In this document: positions 8,603-16,584 of the stretch, piece by piece
How the letters are laid out: each line of letters begins with the position of its first letter
How positions within the stretch are numbered: the stretch's first letter is position 1
From: an uncultured Syntrophomonadaceae bacterium
Lineage (GTDB): Bacteria > Bacillota > Dethiobacteria > DTU022
Assembly (NCBI GenBank): GCA_964463285.1
Contig: CAYXBB010000001.1
Span: forward strand, 1-62,289
Reading direction: 5' to 3'
Length of the DNA: 62,289 bases
Notes under the pieces: generated by a model
What the model saw: the letters and a program-made list of their open reading frames with translations, nothing else
What the model was told of the DNA's origin: nothing
Database searches by the model: none
Made by a program: the position numbers and the translations under genes

Positions 8603-8633
8603 AGTGGCGGGGGTTTCGGCTCCTGCCGCTTTC
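8603..8633 (+). terminator. Terminator hairpin after the tRNA cluster
   Basis: AGTGGCGGGG-TTTCGG-CTCCTGCCGCT then TTCT. Confidence 0.6.
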
Positions 8634-8723
8634 TGGTAATAGCACTACCCGCCCCTGGGTTTGGCTGCCCCCCCTCCGCATTTCTCATGGTGGCTCCCAT
8701 GGCTGCAAACAAAGCGGAAAACA

Positions 8724-9254
8724 TCAGGAGGTTGTGTTTCCACGGATATATCGCTTTTCCTCATCACTTAGGAACCGTTCCGTAATATAGGCTATCAAAG
8801 CAATTCCCGGCAGATTAACCAGAAACCTGGTAATGGTAAATTGCCAGCCCATGGAAGAGGCTTCGAAGAGAAGCTGGGGTATTTTTGTGGTTGACCAGGC
8901 ACCGATCATGATCAGCACATTAGAAAATTTGCTCCCCTTATCTAAAAGAACTCCGGCGATGGGAAAGGCGGCGTAAAGCGGTCCCGCCGCTGCTGAGCCT
9001 AAAAAGAAAGCGATTGCTACCCCAAGAAGTCCCGATTTTTCCCCCATTAACTTGATCATGGTCCCCCGTTCTATCCAAACGTCCAACAAGCCCAGGAGTA
9101 CAAATATAGGAGGTAGAATGGCAATCATTTCCAGGGCATTTTTTCCGGTTATGCTGATCGATTTTTGCCCGATTGAAGGATAAATAATTAACAAAGCAAT
9201 ATTGAGCGCAGCCAGTATCAGAAAGAACCTGTACCTATTTATAATTCTCATCAT
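8724..9254 (-). CDS. Predicted permease (DUF318-like, half-size), subunit 2
   Basis: Multi-TM; GSAAAGPLYAAFP and GAWSTTKIPQLLFE motifs. Confidence 0.75.
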   Translation of the reverse strand: MMRIINRYRFFLILAALNIALLIIYPSIGQKSISITGKNALEMIAILPPIFVLLGLLDVWIERGTMIKLMGEKSGLLGVAIAFFLGSAAAGPLYAAFPIAGVLLDKGSKFSNVLIMIGAWSTTKIPQLLFEASSMGWQFTITRFLVNLPGIALIAYITERFLSDEEKRYIRGNTTS

Positions 9255-9733
9255 CCCAGCACCACCCCTATCACTAGGGCTACTAGATATGAAAAGATAA
9301 ACGCCATTCCATTCCTTAAAATTGTAGCCTTTTTTCCGAAATATTTTATCTCAACCGGTGCTGTAACAATACCCACCATCATCAGGGTGGATATGAATAC
9401 GGCTATTTGCATAAATCCGGCCCCGCTTTTAAGCAGAGCCGAAGCCAAGGGGAAGGCTACAAATCCGGGAATCAACGTAATTGATCCAATTAAAGAGGCG
9501 ATAGTCATGCCGAACCATCCCGATTGTCGGCCGATAAGCTGAGATATAGTTTGAGGGCTTAATAATGCCAGCAGAACACCAATTAGGATAAATATTGAAA
9601 GCAACTGGGGAAGTATGCTTTCAAAGGATTTCCAGGCTTTTTTTAAAGCCATTTTCGTCTTTATCCTGTCTTTTAGAAAGGAAAGCGCCAGCAAGCCGGT
9701 GGCCAATAGATATAAAATGAGTGTAAATTTCAT
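9251..9733 (-). CDS. Predicted permease (DUF318-like, half-size), subunit 1
   Basis: Multi-TM; GSITLIPGFVAFPLA and STLMMVGIVTAPVE; 4-bp overlap with its partner. Confidence 0.75.
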   Translation of the reverse strand: MKFTLILYLLATGLLALSFLKDRIKTKMALKKAWKSFESILPQLLSIFILIGVLLALLSPQTISQLIGRQSGWFGMTIASLIGSITLIPGFVAFPLASALLKSGAGFMQIAVFISTLMMVGIVTAPVEIKYFGKKATILRNGMAFIFSYLVALVIGVVLG

Positions 9734-9955
9734 GTTGTACCATCCCCTAAATTTGTCAGCGGTATCCGAATGATTTCAATTTGAATTGATCCGCAACTCG
9801 CCGGCGGTGTTTCCTAGTCGAATTTCTATCTGGTTGTTGCTCAGGCTCAGGTAATTTCTCTGCGCTGAACATTCGGTAGTTATTGCCGCCTGCTATGGCT
9901 ATTTCCTTTACACCTTTACAACACAATTTTATAGTAAAGCTAATGTTCATGCAAA

Positions 9956-9995
9956 AATATTTAAGGGCGGAATTTTATACCCGCCCTTAAATATT
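9956..9995. terminator. Perfect 15-bp inverted repeat; probable terminator after the amidase gene
   Basis: AATATTTAAGGGCGG-N10-CCGCCCTTAAATATT. Confidence 0.65.
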
Positions 9996-10011
9996 ATCTA
10001 TCTGCATGATG

Positions 10012-10038
10012 GTGACAATAGGTCCATCCCCATGTCAC
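10012..10038. repeat. Decayed REP-like hairpin (GTGACA...TGTCAC)
   Basis: Right part GGTCCATCCCCATGTCAC resembles the GAACCGTCCCC arm at 57327-57337. Confidence 0.4.
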
Positions 10039-10049
10039 GGTTATGCCGG

Positions 10050-10808
10050 TTATTTGTTCATCAGTTTATAAATATTTTGAGCGGTTTCATACCGGTTGGC
10101 CCCGCTTAAATCAATAATTTTGTCACCGATTATCCCCTCTGCTCCTCCGCCGGCGATATATATTTCCGTCGCCCTTAATTGACCCAGGGCTTTTCTTGAA
10201 AATATGGGAGCATTTAAACGCTGCGCCAGCGGTTCAGCTAAAACAAAATCCACAAAACTGCCGAGGACGATTGCCTTTTGAAATAAGGGCGCCTGTTCTT
10301 CTGATTTTAGAAAACCTGATATTTGGGCCAAAAAACCCTCCCATCCCCCGGCTCTCCCCCTGATTACTCGGGGGCAGTCTTTTCCGGTCCAGTGGTAATG
10401 TTGTTTCATACAGTCCGGATAGGCTAGCAAGGTGGAGACTTCGTTGATTAGCTTTGAACATAGCCAGGCTGCATTTTTTTCAGCCAATTCCCGATTACCA
10501 TCCTGGTTCTCGCATATTTCAATCCCGATACTTTGAAGATTTCCGGTACCGTTTGCGCCGTCTCCCGCATGCCAGCCGTGTTCAGTTAAAGGCAGTTGCC
10601 TAATAATAATTCGGTCGTCTACCGTAAAATGCCAGCTGGAGAAAAAATTCGGATCCGGATTGGTCCGTACCCAATGGGAATGATTTTTAGCATCGGCGCC
10701 GACATCACTGTTTCCGGTGTCATGGATAGTAATATATTTTGCGATCATGCGGATTCCGGGGCGGTTACGCCGTCCAACCGGAATAAGCTCCTCGATAATA
10801 TTTACCAT
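10050..10808 (-). CDS. N-acetylmuramoyl-L-alanine amidase (Amidase_2, XlyA/CwlA-like) with a C-terminal cell-wall-binding repeat 2-like segment
   Basis: ITIHDTGN, SWHFTVDD, WHAGDG, SIGIEICEN, KDCP; C-terminal LAEPLAQRLNAPI and DLSGANRYETA. Confidence 0.85.
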   Translation of the reverse strand: MVNIIEELIPVGRRNRPGIRMIAKYITIHDTGNSDVGADAKNHSHWVRTNPDPNFFSSWHFTVDDRIIIRQLPLTEHGWHAGDGANGTGNLQSIGIEICENQDGNRELAEKNAAWLCSKLINEVSTLLAYPDCMKQHYHWTGKDCPRVIRGRAGGWEGFLAQISGFLKSEEQAPLFQKAIVLGSFVDFVLAEPLAQRLNAPIFSRKALGQLRATEIYIAGGGAEGIIGDKIIDLSGANRYETAQNIYKLMNK

Positions 10809-11184
10809 CGGCTGCACTCCTCGTGGGTTTAATTTATGAAAAAAGTTGGGATTGGGTAGATACCCTTTTTGCAGTAATTATTCATATAATATGTTATGCC
10901 GGTTGACGGCACGATGACAATAGGTATACTCACGCGGGTAGATCTTTAAATCTCCTTTATCCTTTCTTTTGCAAGGATAGCTCCAAAACTATTCTACCGG
11001 CAAGTGTTGTAAAAACAGTTCTGTGGGAAATAATCGAGGTAGGGGCCGCTTCCGCCCTGAAGGATCCGACAACTTAGTAGCACACCCTGAAAAGTGGGCG
11101 GCCTGTTTGGAAATAGTATGGTCCAGCCTGGCACCCCCCTGCCCGGAAAATCCGTCAGGTGCGCTACCCTGGGGATAGCCCCGG

Positions 11185-11937
11185 TTAAGGTTTTCCATAA
11201 AAACATAAACGCCGGTATCCCAACAGGGCTACAATTCCGGCAGCGGTGGTACCGTAGAAATAAACCGGTTTGCCGTCAACTTTATCGAGCAGATCGCAGG
11301 CGGTACCGTTAACAAAGGTAGTCCCGGTAATCAATAGCAGTTCGCTTTTCTCGATCAGTTCATCTGTCCTGGTAATCCCATCCCAGATTTCTATTCCAAA
11401 ACGGCTCATTCCCAGGTTGCTCGTGTCCATATCGGTTACCCGGATCAGGTTTTTCCCCATCTCTTGAACACAGCCGGAGATAATACTTGGCTGGTAACCT
11501 ATAATGCCCACCGGCAGAAGGCCGTGTTTTCGCTTGATCTCCCGGGCCATTTCCGCTCCGCACCGATCCGGCTCACTATCCCGGCAATGAATGGTGGCAT
11601 TGGTAATTCCTAAATGATTTAGCACTGCATTCAAGGTAGCTACAAAAATGGCGCGCCGGCTATTGCTGTTTAAATCAAAATTTATAACTTCCTGCAAGAC
11701 CCCTTCATAGGTAACCGGAGAATTGGTGAAAGCCTGCCCCCTTCCGCTGAACACGCTGGCTTCCAAAAGCACTTCTTTGCCCCGCAAAAGCGGGTAATCG
11801 GTGCTTTCCGGCTGGCCGATAGCCTGGACGGGGGTGAGAGGTTTCGCTGAGACCGGAAATCCCTCCCACCCTTCTGCCGACACCAGAAGGTTTTTAAGTC
11901 GGTCCCTTATAGCATCATAGCCGAGGCCACTATCCAT
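11185..11937 (-). CDS. DUF364-family Rossmann-like protein (putative heavy-metal chelation)
   Basis: PQAIGQP...GKEVLLEA...GQAFT, RAIFVATLNAVL, LITGTTFVNGT, YFYGTTAAG. Confidence 0.7.
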   Translation of the reverse strand: MDSGLGYDAIRDRLKNLLVSAEGWEGFPVSAKPLTPVQAIGQPESTDYPLLRGKEVLLEASVFSGRGQAFTNSPVTYEGVLQEVINFDLNSNSRRAIFVATLNAVLNHLGITNATIHCRDSEPDRCGAEMAREIKRKHGLLPVGIIGYQPSIISGCVQEMGKNLIRVTDMDTSNLGMSRFGIEIWDGITRTDELIEKSELLLITGTTFVNGTACDLLDKVDGKPVYFYGTTAAGIVALLGYRRLCFYGKP

Positions 11938-11973
11938 TTATTTTTCCTCCTCGTAAGGCTTTCATATTTCATA

Positions 11974-12414
11974 TTATTTTTTTACTATTTCAACCGGATC
12001 ACCAGTTTTTACCTGCCCGCTTTTAATTACCCGCCCAAATCTTCCTTGTTCTGCAAGCAGACTGAATCCCCGATAAGAAAAGGTGTGCTTTGCGGGATCC
12101 TCCTTGCCGATGGCTGTAACCTCTATCAGGGCTTCTCCTATCTTTAAAAAGGTACCCCTGGTTACCTCCTCTCCCGAAAGGCCGCTTACCAGAAGATTTT
12201 CAGCAAAACTTCCCGGGTCCGGTTTTTCCCCCAGGGCCTTTATTACCGGTTCCATGAGTGGTTCCAGTAAAATGCTAATCTGCCAGCCCGAAGAGCCGGC
12301 ATGAGCGTCTCCCAGCAGCCCGTAGCCTTTTTTCAAATATCCGCTGCCCATATTATGCTTGGATTTACCGCATTCGTCAGAAACGCAAACTGCTCGGAGG
12401 ATCTCCTTGCCCAC
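11974..12414 (-). CDS. Small MOSC-domain protein lacking the conserved catalytic Cys
   Basis: AVCVS, GLLGDAHAG, PGSFAENL, LKIGEALIEVTAIGKE(D), GQVKTGD. Confidence 0.8.
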   Translation of the reverse strand: MGKEILRAVCVSDECGKSKHNMGSGYLKKGYGLLGDAHAGSSGWQISILLEPLMEPVIKALGEKPDPGSFAENLLVSGLSGEEVTRGTFLKIGEALIEVTAIGKEDPAKHTFSYRGFSLLAEQGRFGRVIKSGQVKTGDPVEIVKK

Positions 12415-12483
12415 GGTGCATTACCTCTTTTCGAAAGTATTCGCTTAAATAATTCTATCATCATTAGCCCGATTTACCACCGT

Positions 12484-12540
12484 TTACCACCCCCGGCGAC
12501 GGTTTCTTGTTCTCGTCCCCGTTCCATCAAAACCAGGCAT
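12484..12540 (-). pseudogene. 18-aa mini-ORF MPGFDGTGTRTRNRRRGW; DUF5320-like N-terminus, probably a remnant
   Basis: Strong RBS GGAGG 9 nt before the ATG; MPGFDGTG resembles the DUF5320 start MPxxDGTGP; below the ORF-track cutoff. Confidence 0.55.
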
Positions 12541-12582
12541 AGCATACCCCCTCCAGAGGGTTTTGGTTAAAGCAAACCGGGT

Positions 12583-12978
12583 TCATTCCTTAGTTGTAGA
12601 TTGGCCTCCAGAACGATTGCGTGAGCGATAATCCATTATCGCATAGAAAAGTGCTTCCGCTCCCAAATTGGAACAGTGCATTTTCGGGTCCGGCAGGCCC
12701 CCCAGTGCTTCAGCAATATCCAGGTCGGTAATCCGGAGTGCCTCATCCAGTGTTTTCCCCATCGCAATTTCGGTTAAAATACTGGTGGTAGCGATGGCGG
12801 CAGGGCAGCCGTAAACTTTAAATTTAATTTCACTTATCCGCCCCTCCGATACCCGAATAAATACCCGGAGATAGTCACCGCAGGCCGGATCTCCAATAGC
12901 TCCCACGCCGTCCGCATTGGGAATCAATCCTACATTTCGGGGGTGCTGGAAATGATCGATCAATTTTTCGGTGTACAT
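12583..12978 (-). CDS. iscU: IscU/NifU-type Fe-S cluster scaffold
   Basis: DHFQHPRNVG, PACGD, FKVYGCPAAIA, KMHCSNL. Confidence 0.9.
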   Translation of the reverse strand: MYTEKLIDHFQHPRNVGLIPNADGVGAIGDPACGDYLRVFIRVSEGRISEIKFKVYGCPAAIATTSILTEIAMGKTLDEALRITDLDIAEALGGLPDPKMHCSNLGAEALFYAIMDYRSRNRSGGQSTTKE

Positions 12979-12999
12979 CTCAGTTCACCTCGAAAAAGT

Positions 13000-13863
13000 T
13001 TAATTAAGCAGTTCCGCAGTCTTTATCCATAGCTTTTCTATATCCTTAGAAACCGGACCATCAGTATATTCCACCACCGGTATTCCCCGGGCGGTTGCTT
13101 CTACAAAGGCCCGATCGAAGGGTATTTTTGCCGCCGGCTCAAGAGATTCTCGTTGACAGTAATTTTCAATGGCCCGGGTGTTTTCTTCAGAAAGATCAAA
13201 ACGATTTATACATACCGCGGCTGGGATCTTGAAATGCCGGCATACGGATATAACCCGTTCCAGATCGTGAATCCCCGACAAGGTGGGCTCAGTAACCACC
13301 AGGGCCGCATCCACCCCGCCCAGAGAGGCAATCACCGGGCAGCCGATGCCGGGAGGCCCATCAATAATCAGATAGCGCTTTTTTTCTTCCGCGGCAATTT
13401 TTTTGGCCTTCTCCCGGATTGCCGTAACCAGCCTTCCGGAATTCTCTTCGGCCACCCCCAGGCGGGCGTGAACCAGTTTCCCGTATGCAGTTTGCGAGAT
13501 AAACCAGTGCCCGGAAACAACTTCGAGCATCTCGATGGCATTTTCCGGGCAGGCGCGGCTGCAGACTCCGCAGCCTTCACAGCTAACCGGATCAACACGG
13601 TAGCGGCTTGAAATGGCCTCGAAACGGCAAAGTTCACGGCATAGTCCGCAGGCATTGCAAATTTCAAGATCAATTCCAGCTTTTTTAGAAGCACGGAACT
13701 CCTGTTTTTCCAGCTGCCGGGGCCTGGTAATCAGGCTTAAGTTGGGAGCATCCACATCAGCATCCACCAACACCGCATCTCCTCCAGCCAGAGCGGCAAA
13801 GCAGGCGGTGAGTGTTGTTTTCCCGGTTCCTCCCTTACCACTGATCACTACCAGTTCATTCAT
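13000..13863 (-). CDS. MinD-superfamily P-loop ATPase with an inserted 2x[4Fe-4S] ferredoxin domain
   Basis: SGKGGTGKTT, DADVDAPNL, CNACGLCRELC, CEGCGVCSRAC, DGPPGIGCP. Confidence 0.9.
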   Translation of the reverse strand: MNELVVISGKGGTGKTTLTACFAALAGGDAVLVDADVDAPNLSLITRPRQLEKQEFRASKKAGIDLEICNACGLCRELCRFEAISSRYRVDPVSCEGCGVCSRACPENAIEMLEVVSGHWFISQTAYGKLVHARLGVAEENSGRLVTAIREKAKKIAAEEKKRYLIIDGPPGIGCPVIASLGGVDAALVVTEPTLSGIHDLERVISVCRHFKIPAAVCINRFDLSEENTRAIENYCQRESLEPAAKIPFDRAFVEATARGIPVVEYTDGPVSKDIEKLWIKTAELLN

Positions 13864-14767
13864 GATGCATCAACCTTCCCGTCCCCATAACTTGCTTCCC
13901 CAGATCGGTAAACACCTGTTTCCAGGAGTCAAAATGTTTGGCTGCCAGTTCGCCGCGAGCATAACAGGAAGCCAGTTCCCTATCAAATGGTATCTTTAGC
14001 AGAACCGGCACCCCTTCCTGGCGGCAGTACTGTTCAATGGAATTATTGTCACTGTTTTCCAGGTAGCGGTTGATCACCACTCCGGCAGGGATGCCCATTA
14101 CTCCTACCAGCTCCACCGCTAATTTTAAATCATGCAACCCAAAAGGGGTTGGCTCGGTTACCAAAAGGCAATAATCGCTGCCTTTAACAGTCTCCACCGC
14201 TGAACAGGAATTGCCCGGCGGAGCATCGATAATGGTCAGGCAAGCGGGATCCGTCATATCTTTGACTGCTTTTATCAAGGGTGGAGAAAGTGCCTCTCCC
14301 GGCTCAAGGCGCCCGTGTACAAATTGAACATCTCCATCTGCCCCCTGCCTCCCATTTCCTGTTCCCGTTTCCTGCCTCAGGTTTGTATAACCGGTTTCCA
14401 GTAGTCCGATAGATCTATCAATTTCAGTAATGGCTTTCTCCGGGCAGAAATAAGCACAGCCTCCGCAGCCGTGGCAGAGCTGTTCGAAAACCAACACGTT
14501 GCCCTTGGTCACCATTAACGCATTAAAGGCACATACCTCGGCGCACAGGCCGCAATATGTGCATTTTCCCATGTCTATTTCCGGCACAGGTATGGTTACC
14601 GGTCGACTGGTGTTGATCTCAGGTTTTAAAAACAGGTGGGCATTGGGTTCTTCCACATCGCAGTCTAAAAACTGCAACTTTGATTCGCTCTCTATCGTCT
14701 GCAATAAGTTGGTAGCCACAAAGGTTTTACCTGTTCCGCCTTTGCCACTAATTATACTAATAATCAC
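13856..14767 (-). CDS. Second MinD-superfamily P-loop ATPase with a 2x[4Fe-4S] ferredoxin insert
   Basis: SGKGGTGKT, DCDVEEPN, CTYCGLCAEVC, CHGCGGCAYFC, DAPPGNSC. Confidence 0.9.
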   Translation of the reverse strand: MIISIISGKGGTGKTFVATNLLQTIESESKLQFLDCDVEEPNAHLFLKPEINTSRPVTIPVPEIDMGKCTYCGLCAEVCAFNALMVTKGNVLVFEQLCHGCGGCAYFCPEKAITEIDRSIGLLETGYTNLRQETGTGNGRQGADGDVQFVHGRLEPGEALSPPLIKAVKDMTDPACLTIIDAPPGNSCSAVETVKGSDYCLLVTEPTPFGLHDLKLAVELVGVMGIPAGVVINRYLENSDNNSIEQYCRQEGVPVLLKIPFDRELASCYARGELAAKHFDSWKQVFTDLGKQVMGTGRLMHHE

Positions 14768-14814
14768 GGATATCTCTTCTTTCCAGGTTTGATAACCTGC
14801 CGGTTCCCATATTC

Positions 14815-14856
14815 TGTCTTTTTGAACTGAGGATCCTTTGCTCGCTCAGAATGACA
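14815..14856. repeat. Degenerate palindrome of the TGTCATTCTGAGCG REP type
   Basis: Minus strand TGTCATTCTGAGCGAGCAAAGGATCCTC; the opposite arm is decayed (10/13 match). Confidence 0.4.
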
Positions 14857-14959
14857 AGATTAGTTAACCGACCCCCGGCCTTATTTTTCCGACCGGGGCC
14901 GGATCTTAAATCTTCATCCATATCTTTAAGCGTTACATTTCCTTATTAATTATTAAAAA

Positions 14960-15340
14960 TTAGTTGCAATCGCAGCCTCCGGAGCCGTGTTCCCCGCTGC
15001 CGCGACCCTGGCCATGCTCACAAAGACTTTCCAGTGGTATAAGTTCCCCGGTTAAAAATGCCTCAACAGTTTGTTCCACCGGACCGGTAATGCCTATAAT
15101 TACCTCGATATTCTTTTGGTTAAACAGGTCAATAGCCCTTCGGCCCATCCCTCCGGCAATAATGCAGGATACCCCCCGCTCAGACAGGTACGCAGGCAGA
15201 AAACCGGGTTGGTGGCCCGGATTGGAGATAACCTCTTTAGAGATAATTTTATCTCCCTCCACCTCCACCAGCGTGTATTCAGGGCAACGCCCAAAATGCT
15301 GGGCCACATGTCCCTGTTCGGTACTGATAGCAATTTTCAT
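14960..15340 (-). CDS. NifB/NifX-family (MTH1175/Orange-protein-like) metal-cofactor-binding protein with a His/Cys tail
   Basis: HFGRCPEY, GHQPGFLP, IAGGMGRRA; C-terminal CEHGQGRGSGEHGSGGCDCN. Confidence 0.88.
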   Translation of the reverse strand: MKIAISTEQGHVAQHFGRCPEYTLVEVEGDKIISKEVISNPGHQPGFLPAYLSERGVSCIIAGGMGRRAIDLFNQKNIEVIIGITGPVEQTVEAFLTGELIPLESLCEHGQGRGSGEHGSGGCDCN

Positions 15341-15354
15341 TACAATTCCTCCTT

Positions 15355-15726
15355 CTACTGATTGGAACCAAAATGAGAATCGACTGTAGCGTCGGAAACC
15401 AGGGTAAGTTTGCCCTGGGAGAGCCGGTTGAAAGTTTCTTCTACCGTTCCGGCTATTCCGCTATAAATCTTGATTCCGGCCGCTTTGAGCGCGGTGACCG
15501 CGTTGGGACCCACATTACCCACCAACACCGCCTCCACCTTCTCTGAAAATAGCAGGCGGGCGGTTTGAGTTCCGGCTCCGCCGGAGGCAAGGGCACCGCT
15601 GTTGGGGATGGACTTGATTATCTCCCCGCTGTCCGAGTCCAGTATTACAAAGTAAGGGCAACGCCCAAAACGTTGATCTACCGGCGAGGTTAAATCCTCG
15701 CCCTGTGCACAGATGGCTAATTTCAA
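15355..15726 (-). CDS. NifB/NifX-family protein (Orange-protein-like)
   Basis: VDQRFGRCPYF, GGAGTQTA, GNVGPNA, C-terminal VDSHFG; TTG start after GGAGG. Confidence 0.88.
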   Translation of the reverse strand: MKLAICAQGEDLTSPVDQRFGRCPYFVILDSDSGEIIKSIPNSGALASGGAGTQTARLLFSEKVEAVLVGNVGPNAVTALKAAGIKIYSGIAGTVEETFNRLSQGKLTLVSDATVDSHFGSNQ

Positions 15727-15762
15727 TTTAAATTCCTCCCAAGTCAAATGTTAAAATTCGAA

Positions 15763-16584
15763 TTAATGGTGACTTCCATCCTTTTTTTCCAGAAGAGCAG
15801 GAATCCGGTGTAAAAAATCAACCCGGTAATCCTCGATCTCGCCTCGATCTCCCAGTTTGGAGATTTCAGGATCCAGCGGGATTTCCCCCAATCGCCGGAT
15901 TCCGGTGGCTGCCGATACCTTTTCAGACTGGCTTGGACCAAATAGTTCCAGTTTCTCTCCACAATGAGGGCAATGCAGGCCGCTCATGTTTTCGATCAGG
16001 CCCAGTATGGGAACCTCCAGCATTCGGGCCATGTTGATCGCTTTCTTTACTACCATTACTGCCAGGTCCTGGGGGGAGGTAACGATAATCAGCCCGTCCA
16101 AAGGGAGCGATTGCAGCACGGTTAATGGAGCATCCCCGGTGCCGGGAGGCAGATCCACTATCAGGTAATCCAGATTGCCCCAGAGCACATCGGTCCAAAA
16201 TTGTTTTACCGCTCCGCCGATTAACGGCCCTCTCCAGATTACCGGATCTTCTTCCCGCGGCAGCAGCAGGTTAAGCGACATTATTTTTATCCCCAGCCTG
16301 CTGGATAGAGGCACAATTTTTCCTTCCTTTATCAATGGTTGCTGGCGAAGCCCAAATAAGGTTGGAATACTGGGGCCGGTAATATCTGCATCCATCAGGC
16401 CCACCTGGAATCCGTCTCGGGCCAGGCTCACCGCCAGCAAAGCGGATACCGATGACTTCCCCACCCCTCCTTTACCGCTCATCACCGCAATGGTATGACG
16501 GATCTGGCTGTGTTCAGGCTGAGCCAGTTTTTCCAGCAAAGCTTTGCTGCAATCAGCGTTCATACAGGTTTCAGTTTCTTCCAT
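15763..16584 (-). CDS. Mrp/NBP35 (ApbC) Fe-S cluster carrier ATPase
   Basis: MSGKGGVGKS, DADITGPSIP, VIWRGP, DLPPGTGD, ENMSGLHCPHC. Confidence 0.93.
   Translation of the reverse strand: MEETETCMNADCSKALLEKLAQPEHSQIRHTIAVMSGKGGVGKSSVSALLAVSLARDGFQVGLMDADITGPSIPTLFGLRQQPLIKEGKIVPLSSRLGIKIMSLNLLLPREEDPVIWRGPLIGGAVKQFWTDVLWGNLDYLIVDLPPGTGDAPLTVLQSLPLDGLIIVTSPQDLAVMVVKKAINMARMLEVPILGLIENMSGLHCPHCGEKLELFGPSQSEKVSAATGIRRLGEIPLDPEISKLGDRGEIEDYRVDFLHRIPALLEKKDGSHH

Noticed and set aside
9756-9950. 64-aa ORF with a vaguely MerR-like NNYRMFSAEKL
   Set aside because: No RBS or HTH context; the similarity is too short to support
8590-11184. Prophage or genomic island integrated at tRNA-Lys
   Set aside because: No integrase, no phage structural genes, and no duplicated tRNA 3' end found
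10930-11184. Two 69-70-aa ORFs after DUF364
   Set aside because: Overlapping alternative frames with no RBS or motifs; the region holds a terminator-like hairpin (10958-10979)
12583-15726. Nitrogen fixation cluster (NifU/NifX names)
   Set aside because: No nifH, nifD, nifK, nifE, nifN or nifB radical-SAM gene; these families are widespread outside diazotrophs
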